Shown here: piece after piece, positions 27,592-50,531 of the stretch
Layout: each line of letters begins with the position of its first letter
Numbering within the stretch: the stretch's first letter is position 1
NCBI GenBank assembly: GCA_963693365.1
Contig: CAVNZM010000001.1
Coordinates: 2,992,907-3,056,906, forward strand
From: Amoebidium appalachense
Lineage: Eukaryota > Protista > Ichthyosporea
Length of the DNA stretch: 64,000 bases
Direction of reading: 5' to 3'
Notes under the pieces: model-generated
What the model saw: only the letters and a program-made list of their open reading frames with translations
Told to the model about the DNA's origin: nothing
Database searches by the model: none
Program-made: the position numbers and the translations under genes

Positions 27592-28435
27592 TTATTGGCT
27601 AGAGCTTGGTCCTCCGTTTTGCTGACTTTGGGTTTCGGATTTCGTCCAAAATTTCTCCCTCCACACGTCAACGCGGGACTTGAGAAAACCCTGTGTGCGT
27701 GTGTGTGCGTGCGTGAGTGAGTGTGTGAGTGTGTGTGTGTGAGTGTGTGTGAGTGTGAGTGTGAGTGTGTGTGTCAGTGTGTTTATTTGGTTGTGTGTGT
27801 GTGTGACTGTGCGTAATTGTGTAAGCGCGCGAGCCAAGACGCACGGATGTCAGTACGTGCCTGTGAGTTTTGCGTGAGCATGTAATGTCTTTTGTGTGTG
27901 TGGCTTTGTTTAAGTGCGGTTGGGCATATCATCAGGCTAAGGGGTGGTATGACAAAAGGTACGAGCCCACCACGGGCAGAAAGGGGGGGGGGGGGGGGGG
28001 GGGGGGGGGGAGGCAGGATCAACATGGAGGCCGAAGCACGGCAAGGCATACCAAGAACACGTGGCAGAGCGTTGCCACCCCAACTTCACACATTTTGTGA
28101 TGAATGGTACTACTACTAGGTGTGTGTGTGTGTGTTGGCCTGGGGGGGCGGGGGGGGATGCTGCAGAAAGAGGGTGTACAGAGGAGAACACTAACTGGGA
28201 CTGTGCAGTCCACAGATTGCACCAGGCACGCACGAACAGAGCAGGTAAAAAAAGCAGATCACCATACACAGATATAAACATCGGCTAGAAGTGGAGATCT
28301 AGTCTATTATTCAAGTCATACTGATGTCACATTTAGGTTACATAGCCAAATGCCATCAGAACCCTTAACCAATTGAGTAGGAGGACATGAAGTTTTGACT
28401 GAAGTGGTGTTGTCCCGGGGGTTGTTTGGCGCGGT

Positions 28436-28472
<37 letters not shown>

Positions 28473-30361
28473 TGAATGCGGAACACAGTACGAAGTACGC
28501 ATAGACGATGAGAAGCATGATGCAGGACACATGCAAAGGCAAACATTCAAGTATGCAGCATCAGCCATGCGCACAGTATGCGTCATAAGCAGAGCCCATC
28601 CTCAGGGAGGGCCCAAGTCATCAATTGCGTCTGAGTTTCGACCCCTTAGCCCGCGTATATACGACGCTCCAACTCAGACAGCAGCATCAACTGAACTTGG
28701 GTGGGTCAACCCGTCTTGATCAAAGACGAGCAGGGTTGCTTATGCAAGCAAGGTGAGCAAAACGGTGAAGATGTGTGTGCAAACTAATGCAGTGCAGCGA
28801 CAAACGCGTATGTGCTTACAGATGCACGACACAGAGCAACCATGCCCGGTTGCATGGAAGTAAAGATGTCTCCACACAGTGGTCTGTCCTGAAAGGACAC
28901 CTCTGAAAGAAGACAGGGGGGTTTGAATGCGGAACACAGTACGAAGTACGCATAGACGATGAGAAGCATGATGCAGGACACATGCAAAGGCAAACATTCA
29001 AGTATGCAGCATCAGCCATGCGCACAGTATGCGTCATAAGCAGAGCCCATCCTCAGGGAGGGCCCAAGTCATCAATTGCGTCTGAGTTTCGACCCCTTAG
29101 CCCGCGTATATACGACGCTCCAACTCAGACAGCAGCATCAACTGAACTTGGGTGGGTCAACCCGTCTTGATCAAAGACGAGCAGGGTTGCTTATGCAAGC
29201 AAGGTGAGCAAAACGGTGAAGATGTGTGTGCAAACTAATGCAGTGCAGCGACAAACGCGTATGTGCTTACAGATGCACGACACAGAGCAACCATGCCCGG
29301 TTGCATGGAAGTAAAGATGTCTCCACACAGTGGTCTGTCCTGAAAGGACACCTCTGAAAGAAGACAGGGGGGGTTTTAATGCGGAACACAGTACGAAGTA
29401 CGCATAGACGATGAGAAGCATGATGCAGGACACATGCAAAGGCAAACATTCAAGTATGCAGCATCAGCCATGCGCACAGTATGCGTCATAAGCAGAGCCC
29501 AGGGGGGGAGGGCAGGTTGTTTCCAGAAAATAGGAGGAAGGGCCGGGGGGAGGGGGGGAGGGGGGGGAGGGGGGGGGGGGGGGGGGGGGGGGATCACCCT
29601 CTCCTTTTTGTAGCACTCCCAGAATGCCTCGGACTCTGCGGTGCAGGTGTTAAACATGGTGCCCTTCTTGATGCAGGCGTACCACTGCACGTGCAGGTCG
29701 TTGCATGCTTCTAGCGCCTTCTCCTTGGCTGCCACATTCTCTTCCTCGTTGCTTTGCACAGCATCCTGTTGGTGCGTAGGAAAGGGGGGCGGGAGAGGAG
29801 GGGGAACGGGGGGGGGGGGGGGGGGGGGGGGGCAGGGGGCAAAAGGGGATGGGGGGAGGAGCGGGGGGAGGGAGGGGAAGATGGGCCGGGGGCAGAGGGG
29901 GAACAGGGGAGGAAAGGAACACGTACCTTTGTGTGTGTGTGCGTGTGTGTGCGGACAGGGGCGAGGGGGGGGGGGGGGGGGGAGTTGGGGTGGGTGTGTG
30001 TGTGCGTGTGTGTGCGGACAGGGGGGGGGGGGGGGGGGGGGGGGATTTGTGTGTGTGTGCGTGTGGGTGCGGACAGGGGGGAGGGGGGGGGGGGATTTGT
30101 GTGTGTGTGTGTGTGTATGGGAAGGAGGAAATATGTGTGTGTGGTTGTGTGTGTGTAGTTGGTGTTAGTGTTAATAAGCGCAACGGGGGAGATGGGGGTA
30201 GCTTTGCGGTTGATGATGTGTGAAGTATAAGTGATACCTTATGGTGATTTGGACGGGAGGAAGGGAGCAGGTCAAGGGGTAGGGGTAATGGAGTAGTTTT
30301 GTATGTGTGTGCTATGATGTGTGCATGCCCGTGTTTGTGGCATAGTTTTTTTTTTTTTTTT

Positions 30362-30418
<57 letters not shown>

Positions 30419-30860
30419 TGGGGGACTAACGTGTGTTTCAGAGACGAGGTATACATTCGACACGGACAAAACATTAGAATTGTGCCAAAAGGTGCACGTT
30501 CAAGGAGTGTGAACCATGGGTATGGTCCATACACAAAGTCTTGATCAGTGACGAGCAGGGTACTGATGCACGTAGACGTCACAAGCAAAAGCAGTAAGAA
30601 GGGAAGGTGTTATGGTTGCAGCAGATAACAAAAAGCAGGAGAGAAAAATACAGAAACTCAGGAAACGGGGCTTCTAGGAAGCTCCTGCACCGGGGGGAGG
30701 GGGGGGGTTTGAATGCGGAACACGGTACGAAGTACGCATACACGATGAGAAGCATGGTGCAGGACACATGCAAAGGCAAACATTCAAGTATGCAACATCA
30801 TCCATGCGCACAGTATGCGTCATAAGCAGAGCCCATCCTCAGGGAGGGCCCAAGTCATCA

Positions 30861-30927
<67 letters not shown>

Positions 30928-31576
30928 GAAGGTGGCACACAGTACAAAGTATTTAGATTTCCAATAACGAAATGCAAGGGTTGTGAAAAGAAATGAGAAA
31001 GGGGCGAGAAGATATGTGTGTGTGTTGGAGGGGATGGGGTTTATATGCGCAATAAAGTACGAAGTATAAATAAACAACGGACCACACGATACAGAGTCCA
31101 AACCACACATAAACAGTATGCATAACAAACAGAGCCCATCATCAGGTGGGGGGAGGGGGGAGGGGAGGGAAACTTGTGAATAAGCTTGATTGGGTTTGGG
31201 TAGGTCGGCTAGGAAGGCTAGAGAGGGCCAATCCAGCAAGAAAGGGGGGAGGGGAATGGGAGGGGAATGGGGGGGGAGGGGGGACTACAGAGTGCTGGAA
31301 GGAGCGAAGAAGAGAAGGATAGGGAGACGAAGAGTGAAGGAAAACGACATCTGACGTAGTCGGGAACGAATGTGTAAAACAATTAGAAAAATCGGAGGGA
31401 AGGGGAGTGGGGAGGGGCAAAGGGGGGGGTTAGAACGTTTTATAGAGTAGGAAGTACACATTCGTGACGGACACAGTGCAGACTACAAAAGCACTTATAA
31501 AGCAGCACATCGAAGGGAGGAAGAAGGCTTCTTTTTTTTTTGTCTTTCTTCTTCTTCTTCTTTTTTTTTTTTTTGG

Positions 31577-31615
<39 letters not shown>

Positions 31616-32781
31616 GAAGGGAACACACAGGGAAGAAGAAGGGGGAAAGAGAGACGGAAGGGCCGAGGACATGGGGTCTTGAAGACAAAGAGAACTCCTA
31701 ATGAGAGGATGTCAGGACTTTAAACAGTTGGTGTTTTTCAGTGCACCACCAGTGTTACGTATACCAGTGTTACGTATATGCCCCAAAACTAAGCGGAAAG
31801 GTGGATACACACAAATCAGTAAGTACAAGGGAGAGGGAGAGGGGGGGGGGGGGGGGGGGGGGGGAGCGAGGGGAGGGGGGAAGAAATATTTGGGGGGAGG
31901 GGGGAGGGGGGTGATGTATGCGTTAGAGGGTGGAAATATGGAGGAGACAACAAAGAGCAACAACAAAGTGTCACAAAGGTGGGAAATCCAAAATCAAACA
32001 ATTTAAACGTGCAGGCAGAAGACACTTGAACAGAGCCCATCATCAGGGGGGTTCCTATGCCTCCACAAAAGCATGGGTTTCGACTCTTTAACCTCTCGGG
32101 AAGAGGAGAGAGGGAGAGGGAGAGAAAGAGGCATTGAAGAGGGGGGGGGGGGGGGGGGGGGGGGGGGAGATAGAGAGGACAGAGAGGGAGGGAAAGGAAA
32201 AGAGAGACAGAGGAAGAGAGGGAGGGAGGAGGGGAAAGACAAACTGAAGGGAGAGATGGGGGGCCAATGATTGGGGAGGAGGGGGAGGGAGAGAAAATGC
32301 CGGGGAACGTGGGCACAAAACGAGTGCGGCGGGGGGAGGGGAGGGAGGGAACGAGAAAGAGAGAGTGAGAGAGACTGCGAGAGAGAGGGGGGGGGGAGGG
32401 GGGAGGGGGGAGACAGGGAGCCGGGGGGAGGGGGGGGGGGGAGAGGGGAAAGAGAAGAGAGCGAGATCTATATATATATATATAGAGGGGAAGGGAAGGG
32501 GGGAGAAAGGGAGAGAGAGGGAGAGAGAGAAAGAGAGAGGGGTGGTGGTGGTGGGGAAAGAAGGGGGGGGGAGGGAGGGAAGAGAGGGAGAGAGAGGGGG
32601 GGGGGAAGAGAGGGAAAGAGGGGGGGGGGGGGGGAGGAGAGAAGAGGTCGGGAGATTAGGGGACAAAAAGGGCGCCCGTAGGGGGGGGGAGGGGGGAGGA
32701 GGGGAGACACGGGCAAGAGGGAGGGAGGGAAAAGGGAGCTATTTGGGGGGGGGGGGGGGGGGGAAGGGGGGGAGGGGGAGC

Positions 32782-32820
<39 letters not shown>

Positions 32821-32873
32821 TGTGTGTGTGTGCGAGGGAGCAAGCTGTGAGAGCGTGATTGTCAGTGACAGTG

Positions 32874-32907
<34 letters not shown>

Positions 32908-33054
32908 AGAGTGAGTGAATGTGGGGGGAAGAAGGGGAGAGGGGAGGGAGGAGGGGGAGAGAGAGAGACGGAAGAGAGGGAGCGAGAAAAACATAAGAGG
33001 GGGCCAGAAGGGGGGGGGGGAGGGGGGGGACGGGAGGGAGAAAGAGGGGGGGAG

Positions 33055-33098
<44 letters not shown>

Positions 33099-33791
33099 GA
33101 GGGGGGGGGGGGGGGGGGGGAGAGAGAGGGGGAGAGAGAGAGAGAGAGAGAGAGAGAGACGGGAGAGAGAGGGAGGGAGGGAGGGAGGGAGGGGGGGGGG
33201 GGGGAGGATGGAGAGAGGGAGGGAGGGAGGGAGGGAGGGAGGGAGGGAGGGGGGGGGGGAGGGGGGGAGGGGGGAGGGAGGGTGGGGGGGAGGGAGGGAG
33301 GGAGGGAGGGAGGGAGGGAGGGAGAGAGAAAGAGCGAAAGAGAGAGCGAAAGAGAGAGGGGGGGGGGGGGGGGGAAGAGAAGAGAGAGGGGGGGGGGGGG
33401 GGGGGAGAAGGAGAGAAAGGGAGAGAAGGAGAGAAAGGGAGGGAGCGAGGGAGGTGTGGTGAAAGGACGCGAGGAAGGATTGTGTTGGGGAATATAGGCT
33501 GGGGGGGAGGGGCAATGGGGAGGAGCAGAGGGGGGAGCACGTTGCATAAGAACGCAAGCACACACACGCACGCAAGCTTGCAGGCACGGCCCGTACATGC
33601 ACGGAGCTCACTCGCGCACTAAGGCATGCACCCACCTTGAAAGCAAGTTTCTCCAGATCCTCGCCAACCTCCTGCCTCTGTCTCTCTGTGGGCTCCTCTA
33701 TTCCCTCGTTCTTCCTCCTCTCCCTCTCCTCTGCCTCCAGTTTATCTGCTTCCCTCTGCTTACGTGTTTTGAACAGGTCTCCAAGCTGCAT
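27592..33791 (-). CDS. Small twin-CX9C (CHCH-like) protein, probably mitochondrial intermembrane space; 3 coding exons, 140 aa
   Basis: Exons 33791-33636, 29765-29598 and 27690-27592, all phase 0 with GT-AG. Motifs C-NDLHVQWYA-C and C-TAESEAFWE-C. Confidence 0.8.
28471..29501 (-). repeat. Tandem array (~2.3 units, period 451-452 bp) of the structured repeat family, in intron 2 of the CX9C gene
   Basis: Units begin at 28471, 28922 and 29374. Units 1 and 2 look identical by eye; unit 3 is truncated at AGAGCCCA (29501). Confidence 0.92.
30708..30864 (-). repeat. Truncated copy of the ~451-bp repeat family
   Basis: polyG-TTTGAATGCGGAACACGGTACG...CAAGTCATCAATTG matches the first ~157 bp of the unit. 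Confidence 0.88.
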
Positions 33792-34249
33792 TTTTCGAAA
33801 AAAAAGATCCAGCAATCGGTCAGTGTGTCCTGTACGACTCGCACGATGATTTTGGAAGAGTTTGTGTTGTATATGTTTATGTATAACCAGAAAAACGTGT
33901 TTTTATTGTTGTTGTGTTATCTGGGTTAATACGGGGAAAATATATGTAACAGAAACTACAATAGGCTCACTGTATGCAGGTGGAAGCTCCAAACTCTAGA
34001 GCATGGCACGTGCACAGCCTGGTGCACGAGTTGTGTGTGGCTGTGTGTGCCTCAAGCAGCTGCACGGTGATGACGCACGCTTTCTTGGGTTTACACGCTT
34101 TCTTTAATGGCTTATCACAGGAATGCAATCGGCATAAACGATCTAGTGGGTTCCAGTGGCCACCCACAGCGATGTGGGCCCAAACTCGGTCGAATCAATT
34201 TGACACACACACACAATTGGTGTTACACCCCCCCCCCCCCCCCCCCCCC

Positions 34250-36640
<2,391 letters not shown>

Positions 36641-36899
36641 GGGCTCGCCCACATGTAGGGCTATACGTACGCGTATCGCTACAATAGTAAAAAGTCACCT
36701 GAAGACTCAAGTCGCAACTGAAAGTCAGGACAAGTCACCAGCTTGTCTCACCAATTCTAATAAAAAGTCAAGTCGGCATAGCTTGACTTGGTTGAAGTCA
36801 AGGTTGCCGTGACTTCAAGTCGCAATATTACGACTCTGCGCTCGCCGCCGCGGGGTTCACGTTTTGATGATGGCACAGCTTGCGCCAGCGCATGCTCAA

Positions 36900-37400
36900 A
36901 ACGATTCAGAGTTTGATTGGACCAAAAGCTTTAATGGAGCACCGCGCTATAGTTTATGTCAACTGATTGGATCACGCCATGTTTTTTGCAACCTGATTGG
37001 TTCCGGGATTATTGCGGAACAGCTCAGTCCTTCCCTTGCGGATGTCCCTATCCCCAATTTGGACCCCCAAATCCGTCAACCCAAATTCTCGGTCACGTGA
37101 CCTCCAAACCAAACTAAGTGACCGAGTTTGGGAATAACGAATGGATAGTTTGAACAATGCTCGTTGTTGAAGATTCATTGATAAAGGGTTGTGTGTATTT
37201 CTTGGTGTTATCGTACTGTAGTGTCAACTAATATAGTCGGCATATTTTTTCTGTTTTGCTTACTATGTAAAGACCTGCTTGCGGCACATGACTGTCACTT
37301 CCGGAATCCACGGTTTTGTTAAAATCTTGTTTAACCTGCCGACTTTAACTTGATGTCAAATGATTGGCTCCCTGGAAATTTTTGAGGATCGGACATCTTC
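36900..37400. promoter_or_regulatory. Putative divergent promoter (CX9C gene / amine oxidase) with several CCAAT boxes
   Basis: GATTGG at ~36915, 36965, 36995 and 37362, and CACGTG at 37094, in non-repetitive DNA between head-to-head genes. Confidence 0.4.
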
Positions 37401-37629
37401 GTGACGAAAACCAGCAAGTGAGAAAAGCGCGCTTTCTGGCTTTGAAAGCACGCTTTCTTGCTTCATGCCCTCCGTAGTTGTCCCGAGCTAGTTCACGCTG
37501 ACCATTCCCCTCATTTACGAACGCTTGCGTGCTCTTATTCGCCTCGTAAGTACGTAATCTTGTTTTCTTCTCAGGATAAAGGAAGCAACTCGTTTGCCGT
37601 TTGTCCTGGAAATACATCCCACCGACACC

Positions 37630-46172
<8,543 letters not shown>

Positions 46173-46539
46173 CCTAGCCATCCAATTATTTGGATTTCAT
46201 TTGGTGCCGGGCCCCATGAGTGATAAATATGCGGTTAACTCCTCTAAGTGCATGAGAATGCGGTATCGAGAATGTAGATATACGTGGCATATTTGTTAAT
46301 GTTGGCTATATATTTTTTTTTATATAATGACTTTATTGATATGCTCATGAAAGAGAAGCAAGCCGGAGATATCACAGATATCTCAGAGAAGAAAATACAA
46401 ATCCACCTACTCACGGATACGGAGGATATAACGACTCAAATAATCATACACCCTAGAAAAACTCGTTAAACATACGGTGGTTTAACAGATAGTCAATAGA
46501 AGTAATATCAGGATTATCTAAATAAGCTAGTCTTCGAAT

Positions 46540-47400
46540 TTCTAACGGAAGAATCTAAGATAGATAAATACATTTATCTAGATGTTTGCGAGAAAAAGGT
46601 TCTGCACAAAAGTAACACAAACATTTATGGAAACTAAGGTTACAACGCCAAATTAAACATTTCCAAGCAATATCACACGAAGGGGTTAGAATGGCAAAAT
46701 CGGCAAGTGTGGTAGGTTTACGAGAGGAAGGATGAATATAAGTAGCTAATTTACATAACGATTGTAGAGAAAATAGGCGAGTCTCTAATATAAAAAGAAG
46801 CACAGGCTTAAGAGTCCTACCATGATACCCTTTATCACAACGATGAAGCAAATGATATTGAGTATGAAACCAAGTAACATGCTGCTGATAAATAGGGGAA
46901 GAGAAAATAAAGGAGACAAATATTTAAAAGGATATCTCTGAATGGGAGATAGATTGGGTACAGGACATTTCGCACGAACATTAGAAATGGGAACAGGGTC
47001 TAAAGAAGGAAAGAATTGCAACAAGGGATGATATTCAGAAGGAAGCCTAACCAAATGAAAACAAAAGCGAAGGTCTAACTCATTCATACGCTGACTCGCC
47101 GGAGGGAGACCAAAAACACTCAGCAAAGGAGCCGCCAGAGGATGCCTACGCGAGATCCGAGAGATAAACTGGATGAATTCACGCTGAAAGGAATCGAATT
47201 CCCGAAGCGCCGCGTGCTGTTGCCGTGGAGGGGCACACAAGAGTAACGGGAGGCCATATTAAAAACATGGACGAAGAAAAACTTTATGAAGAGTGAGCAG
47301 ATTAGCAGGATGGACATTATAAATACTTGCAAAAATGCATATTCGAGAAATATATTTTTGTATTACAATGCCACGATGCAGGTGTTCATGCCAGTGATAC
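46540..47400 (-). mobile_element. Degenerate non-LTR retrotransposon fragment (RT thumb + C-terminal Cys/His motif), unrelated to copies 1 and 2
   Basis: The minus strand reads LLTLHKVFLRPCF*YGLPLL, resembling the LINE RT-thumb motif LYKxFxRPxLEYG, then LDxFQ-like FDSFQREF and GLPPASQR, and LIWRCNLSFHKCLCYFCAEPFSRKHLDKC. AT-rich, with stops and frameshifts. Confidence 0.6.
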
Positions 47401-47896
47401 TATCCGGCAGTGTACTATGTAGCAAAAAGTGCAAGTTTAGTTTCCCAAATAAAAGAAACCAATGACATGTATAGATTTTGGGACAATCCTTGGTGCAATC
47501 TAACCCTTCTATTTACTATACCGTGTATATACCCGATATCAGACATGCTTTTGAAACTTGTTGTAAAAAACAGGTGACTGTATTAGTGGAATAGGATTTA
47601 ACAAATATAAAGCCGCCCCCGGAGTGCACATAGCGGCTTGATTGTGTAATTTTGGAATAAATATTGCCTATGGATCACTGGTTTACTTCAACTCTTTTTA
47701 AAAGCATGTTCCCTTGCTCAACAACAACCCCCCTCACCCCCCCCCCTTCCCCCCTAACCCACCACCACCCCCTCCCCCCTCTCTCTCCTCCCCCACTCCC
47801 CCACCCCCCCCACCCCCCCTTCTTTCCACTTGCACAGTGCCCGCTGATCGGGGAAGTTGGGGGGGTATTTAGGGGAGGGGAAGGCGGGCGGGCGGG

Positions 47897-47934
<38 letters not shown>

Positions 47935-49468
47935 GGAGGAGGGTGTTAACCTATAAGTTGTAACATGACGAGATGCTCGGGACAGGCCCAATGAATGAGG
48001 GTATGGGAGCACGAGAAGGCGGGTCTAAGGGGAGGAGGGGGAGGGGAGGGGGGGGGGGGGGGGGGAGGGGGGTCCGTGAAGCCGCGCCGGGAGGGCCACG
48101 GGAGGTCTGTGTGTATGAGTGTGTGTGCGTGTGTGTGTGTGTGTGTATGAGTGTGTGTGCGTGTGTGTGTGTGTGTGTGTGTCCGCTGTGGGATGGGGGG
48201 AAGGAGGGCATGCAAATGGCAATTTGTTTTTGGCCAATCCTCAACTGATGGTGATCAAAAGAGTCGGTCCTCTCCCGCCCGTGTTGAGTCCGCTTCCCCC
48301 CCCCTCCCTCGCATTCTTTCAGGCCTGCGGGAGCACACAAACGAATCCATTTGGAGCTGAGCACTTTCGCTCAAGTATGCTTAAGAAAATAACCTCAGGT
48401 GTGGGATTCCGGTTTGGTGGTTGTGTGGGAGTGCGGACGATACAGCTGTTTCTCGCCTGTTTATAACTATCACATATCCAAACCCCAATAAATATTTGTC
48501 GAGTATAGCCCACGTGCAAAATACAAATAGCGGCCGGCACACCCCTGTGTGGGCACTGTGGTTGTTGTACAGTTCACTCAATTCACACCCTCATACAACA
48601 GCATGTAGTGCCATTTATTTAAGCTTGAACAATGAACTCCCCCCTCTCCCTCCCCCCTTCCACTAGCGAAGACAGCGGAGTTGAGGACCAATACGAATGT
48701 AAAGGTTTTCGAAATTATGGTGGGGGTGGGGGGTTTTTGGGGGGGGGGGGGGGGGGGGGGAGGGGGAGGGAAGGGTGGTTACGGGTGTAAGCACATCCTT
48801 AGAAGAAATTGGAAAGGCTGTATTATTGACCATGACCATTTATACAGAATTGCCCAAAAATCTGAAACAGAAAACGCCGGTCATGAAGAGAGACTGCAGG
48901 CCCGAAAGAATATTCATCATAAAACATGGAAAACGGCATTAACATGACTTCTTTCAGCAAGCACCTTGTTTGTGAAAAGGTAGGGAGGAAGGGAGGGAAA
49001 ATGCGGGAGGGCAATAGAAGAAGTGGAAAGAAGATATAAGAGAACTGGTTTTCGAGCGGATGAGGGGGTTGGGGGGGGTTTGGTGGGATGGGGGGGGGGG
49101 GGGGGGTTGGGGAGGAAGCAGGGGAGGGAGGAGAAGTGATTCAGAAGCAAACTTGGTCTCAAAATACTGAATGGGCGGTGCTGGGGTGATTATGCAGACG
49201 GTTGCTCACAAGCTCAGAAAGGGGCGGCGGGTATTGCTGTGTGTGAGCGCGCGTGCGTGTGTGTGGAGGAGGGGGGAGGGGGGGGGGGGGGGGGGAGGAG
49301 GGATTTGTGAGAGTATGGAACAGGGTACCCGAAGTACCGTTAGTAAGGTCGGCTACTTGGGCAGGCATCCAGACAAGTCTACAGGTGAAGAAAGAAGGGA
49401 GAAAGCGGAGGGCTGAGCGTGTTGTCGGGGAGAGGAGAGGGCGGGGACCACCACGCGCGGGGGGGGGG

Positions 49469-49503
<35 letters not shown>

Positions 49504-49853
49504 CTGGGGGTTCGAAGTGTTGAAGCACACTCGGACAGATCTGTAGGTTTCTCTTATGAGCCGCAGTGCATGAACGAAACAGTGTTGCCACCATGCTTGG
49601 AACATATCACAACATTCTTGGAACATATTTCTGTGTAATTCACAAACATAAACAACTTCTCGTACATCTCTCTACCAACGGGTGCTTCTCTACACAAGGC
49701 AAAAAATAAAGTCGAAAAGAAAAGAAAAAACAAACCAGTTTCTCCCGGCATTGTACAGAACATGCTGGATACCTGCTAGTAATATTTCATCTTCTATTTC
49801 GATAACAGGCAAGACAGATAGGACCGTGAAGACCCAAAAGACATCACCTCACC

Positions 49854-50531
49854 TCACTTCTTTCTCAAAATGGTGACACCATCCGCAATGCCCAAAAAGG
49901 AAATATCCACACGCTGGTCCTCAGCAAACTTATCGTTAAGTGTCTTTAAGGCCACCGTGTCTTCATCCTCCGGATCATGAGGTCGCACCACCGCACCATC
50001 CCACAGTGTATTGTCGACCACAATAACACCGTTCTTCCTGACCAGCTTTAGCAGTCTTTCATAATACTTGTCATAGTTGTTCTTGTTAGCGTCTATGAAC
50101 GCGAAATCGTACTGCCCCTCTTCGCCGTTGTCAAGCATCTTGTCCAAACTCTCCACGGCTGGGGCTATAATCAGGTCTATTTTTCCGTTCACGCCCGCTT
50201 TTTCCCAAAAAGGTCTCCCGACTTCCGTAAACTCCGTGCTCACGTCCAAACAAACCAGTTTCCCATCGTCCGGAAGCGCCTGTGCAAGCACCAACGCCGT
50301 GTAGCCGGTGAAAGTTCCCACCTCAATGATCTTCTTGGCGCCCATAATCTTGGCAATGTTGGCGAGAAACTGTGCTTCATCCGGTGCACCCATCATACGT
50401 GCCCTAGGGTGCCTGGAAGTTGCTTCGCGTAGTCCCTGAGCCTCCGGGGACTCACGAAGGGAGTGGGCGAGAATGTAGTCGTACATGTCTTGCGTAACAA
50501 CGAGGTGGTGGTCACGTTTGCTTTGAGACAT
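49854..50531 (-). CDS. Class I cation-dependent SAM O-methyltransferase (CCoAOMT/COMTD1-like, Methyltransf_3), paralog A, 225 aa
   Basis: Starts MSQSKRDHHLVVTQ; motifs IEVGTFTGY, FDF-like YDFAFIDANK, VVDNTLWDG, GIADGVT. No introns in the CDS. The ATG follows a pyrimidine tract and CAG, suggesting a 5'-UTR intron. Confidence 0.93.
   Translation of the reverse strand: MSQSKRDHHLVVTQDMYDYILAHSLRESPEAQGLREATSRHPRARMMGAPDEAQFLANIAKIMGAKKIIEVGTFTGYTALVLAQALPDDGKLVCLDVSTEFTEVGRPFWEKAGVNGKIDLIIAPAVESLDKMLDNGEEGQYDFAFIDANKNNYDKYYERLLKLVRKNGVIVVDNTLWDGAVVRPHDPEDEDTVALKTLNDKFAEDQRVDISFLGIADGVTILRKK

Noticed and set aside
28585-28660. Box C/D snoRNA, SECIS or tRNA-derived SINE inside the repeat
   Set aside because: TGATGA, CTGA and TTCGA words occur, but I found no terminal C/D stem with a recognisable guide, no SECIS apical AA geometry and no proper A/B box pair.
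28471-29501. CRISPR-like or coding interpretation of the tandem repeat
   Set aside because: Units are 451 bp with no unique spacers and no cas genes; the short ORFs differ between copies and resemble no protein I recognise.
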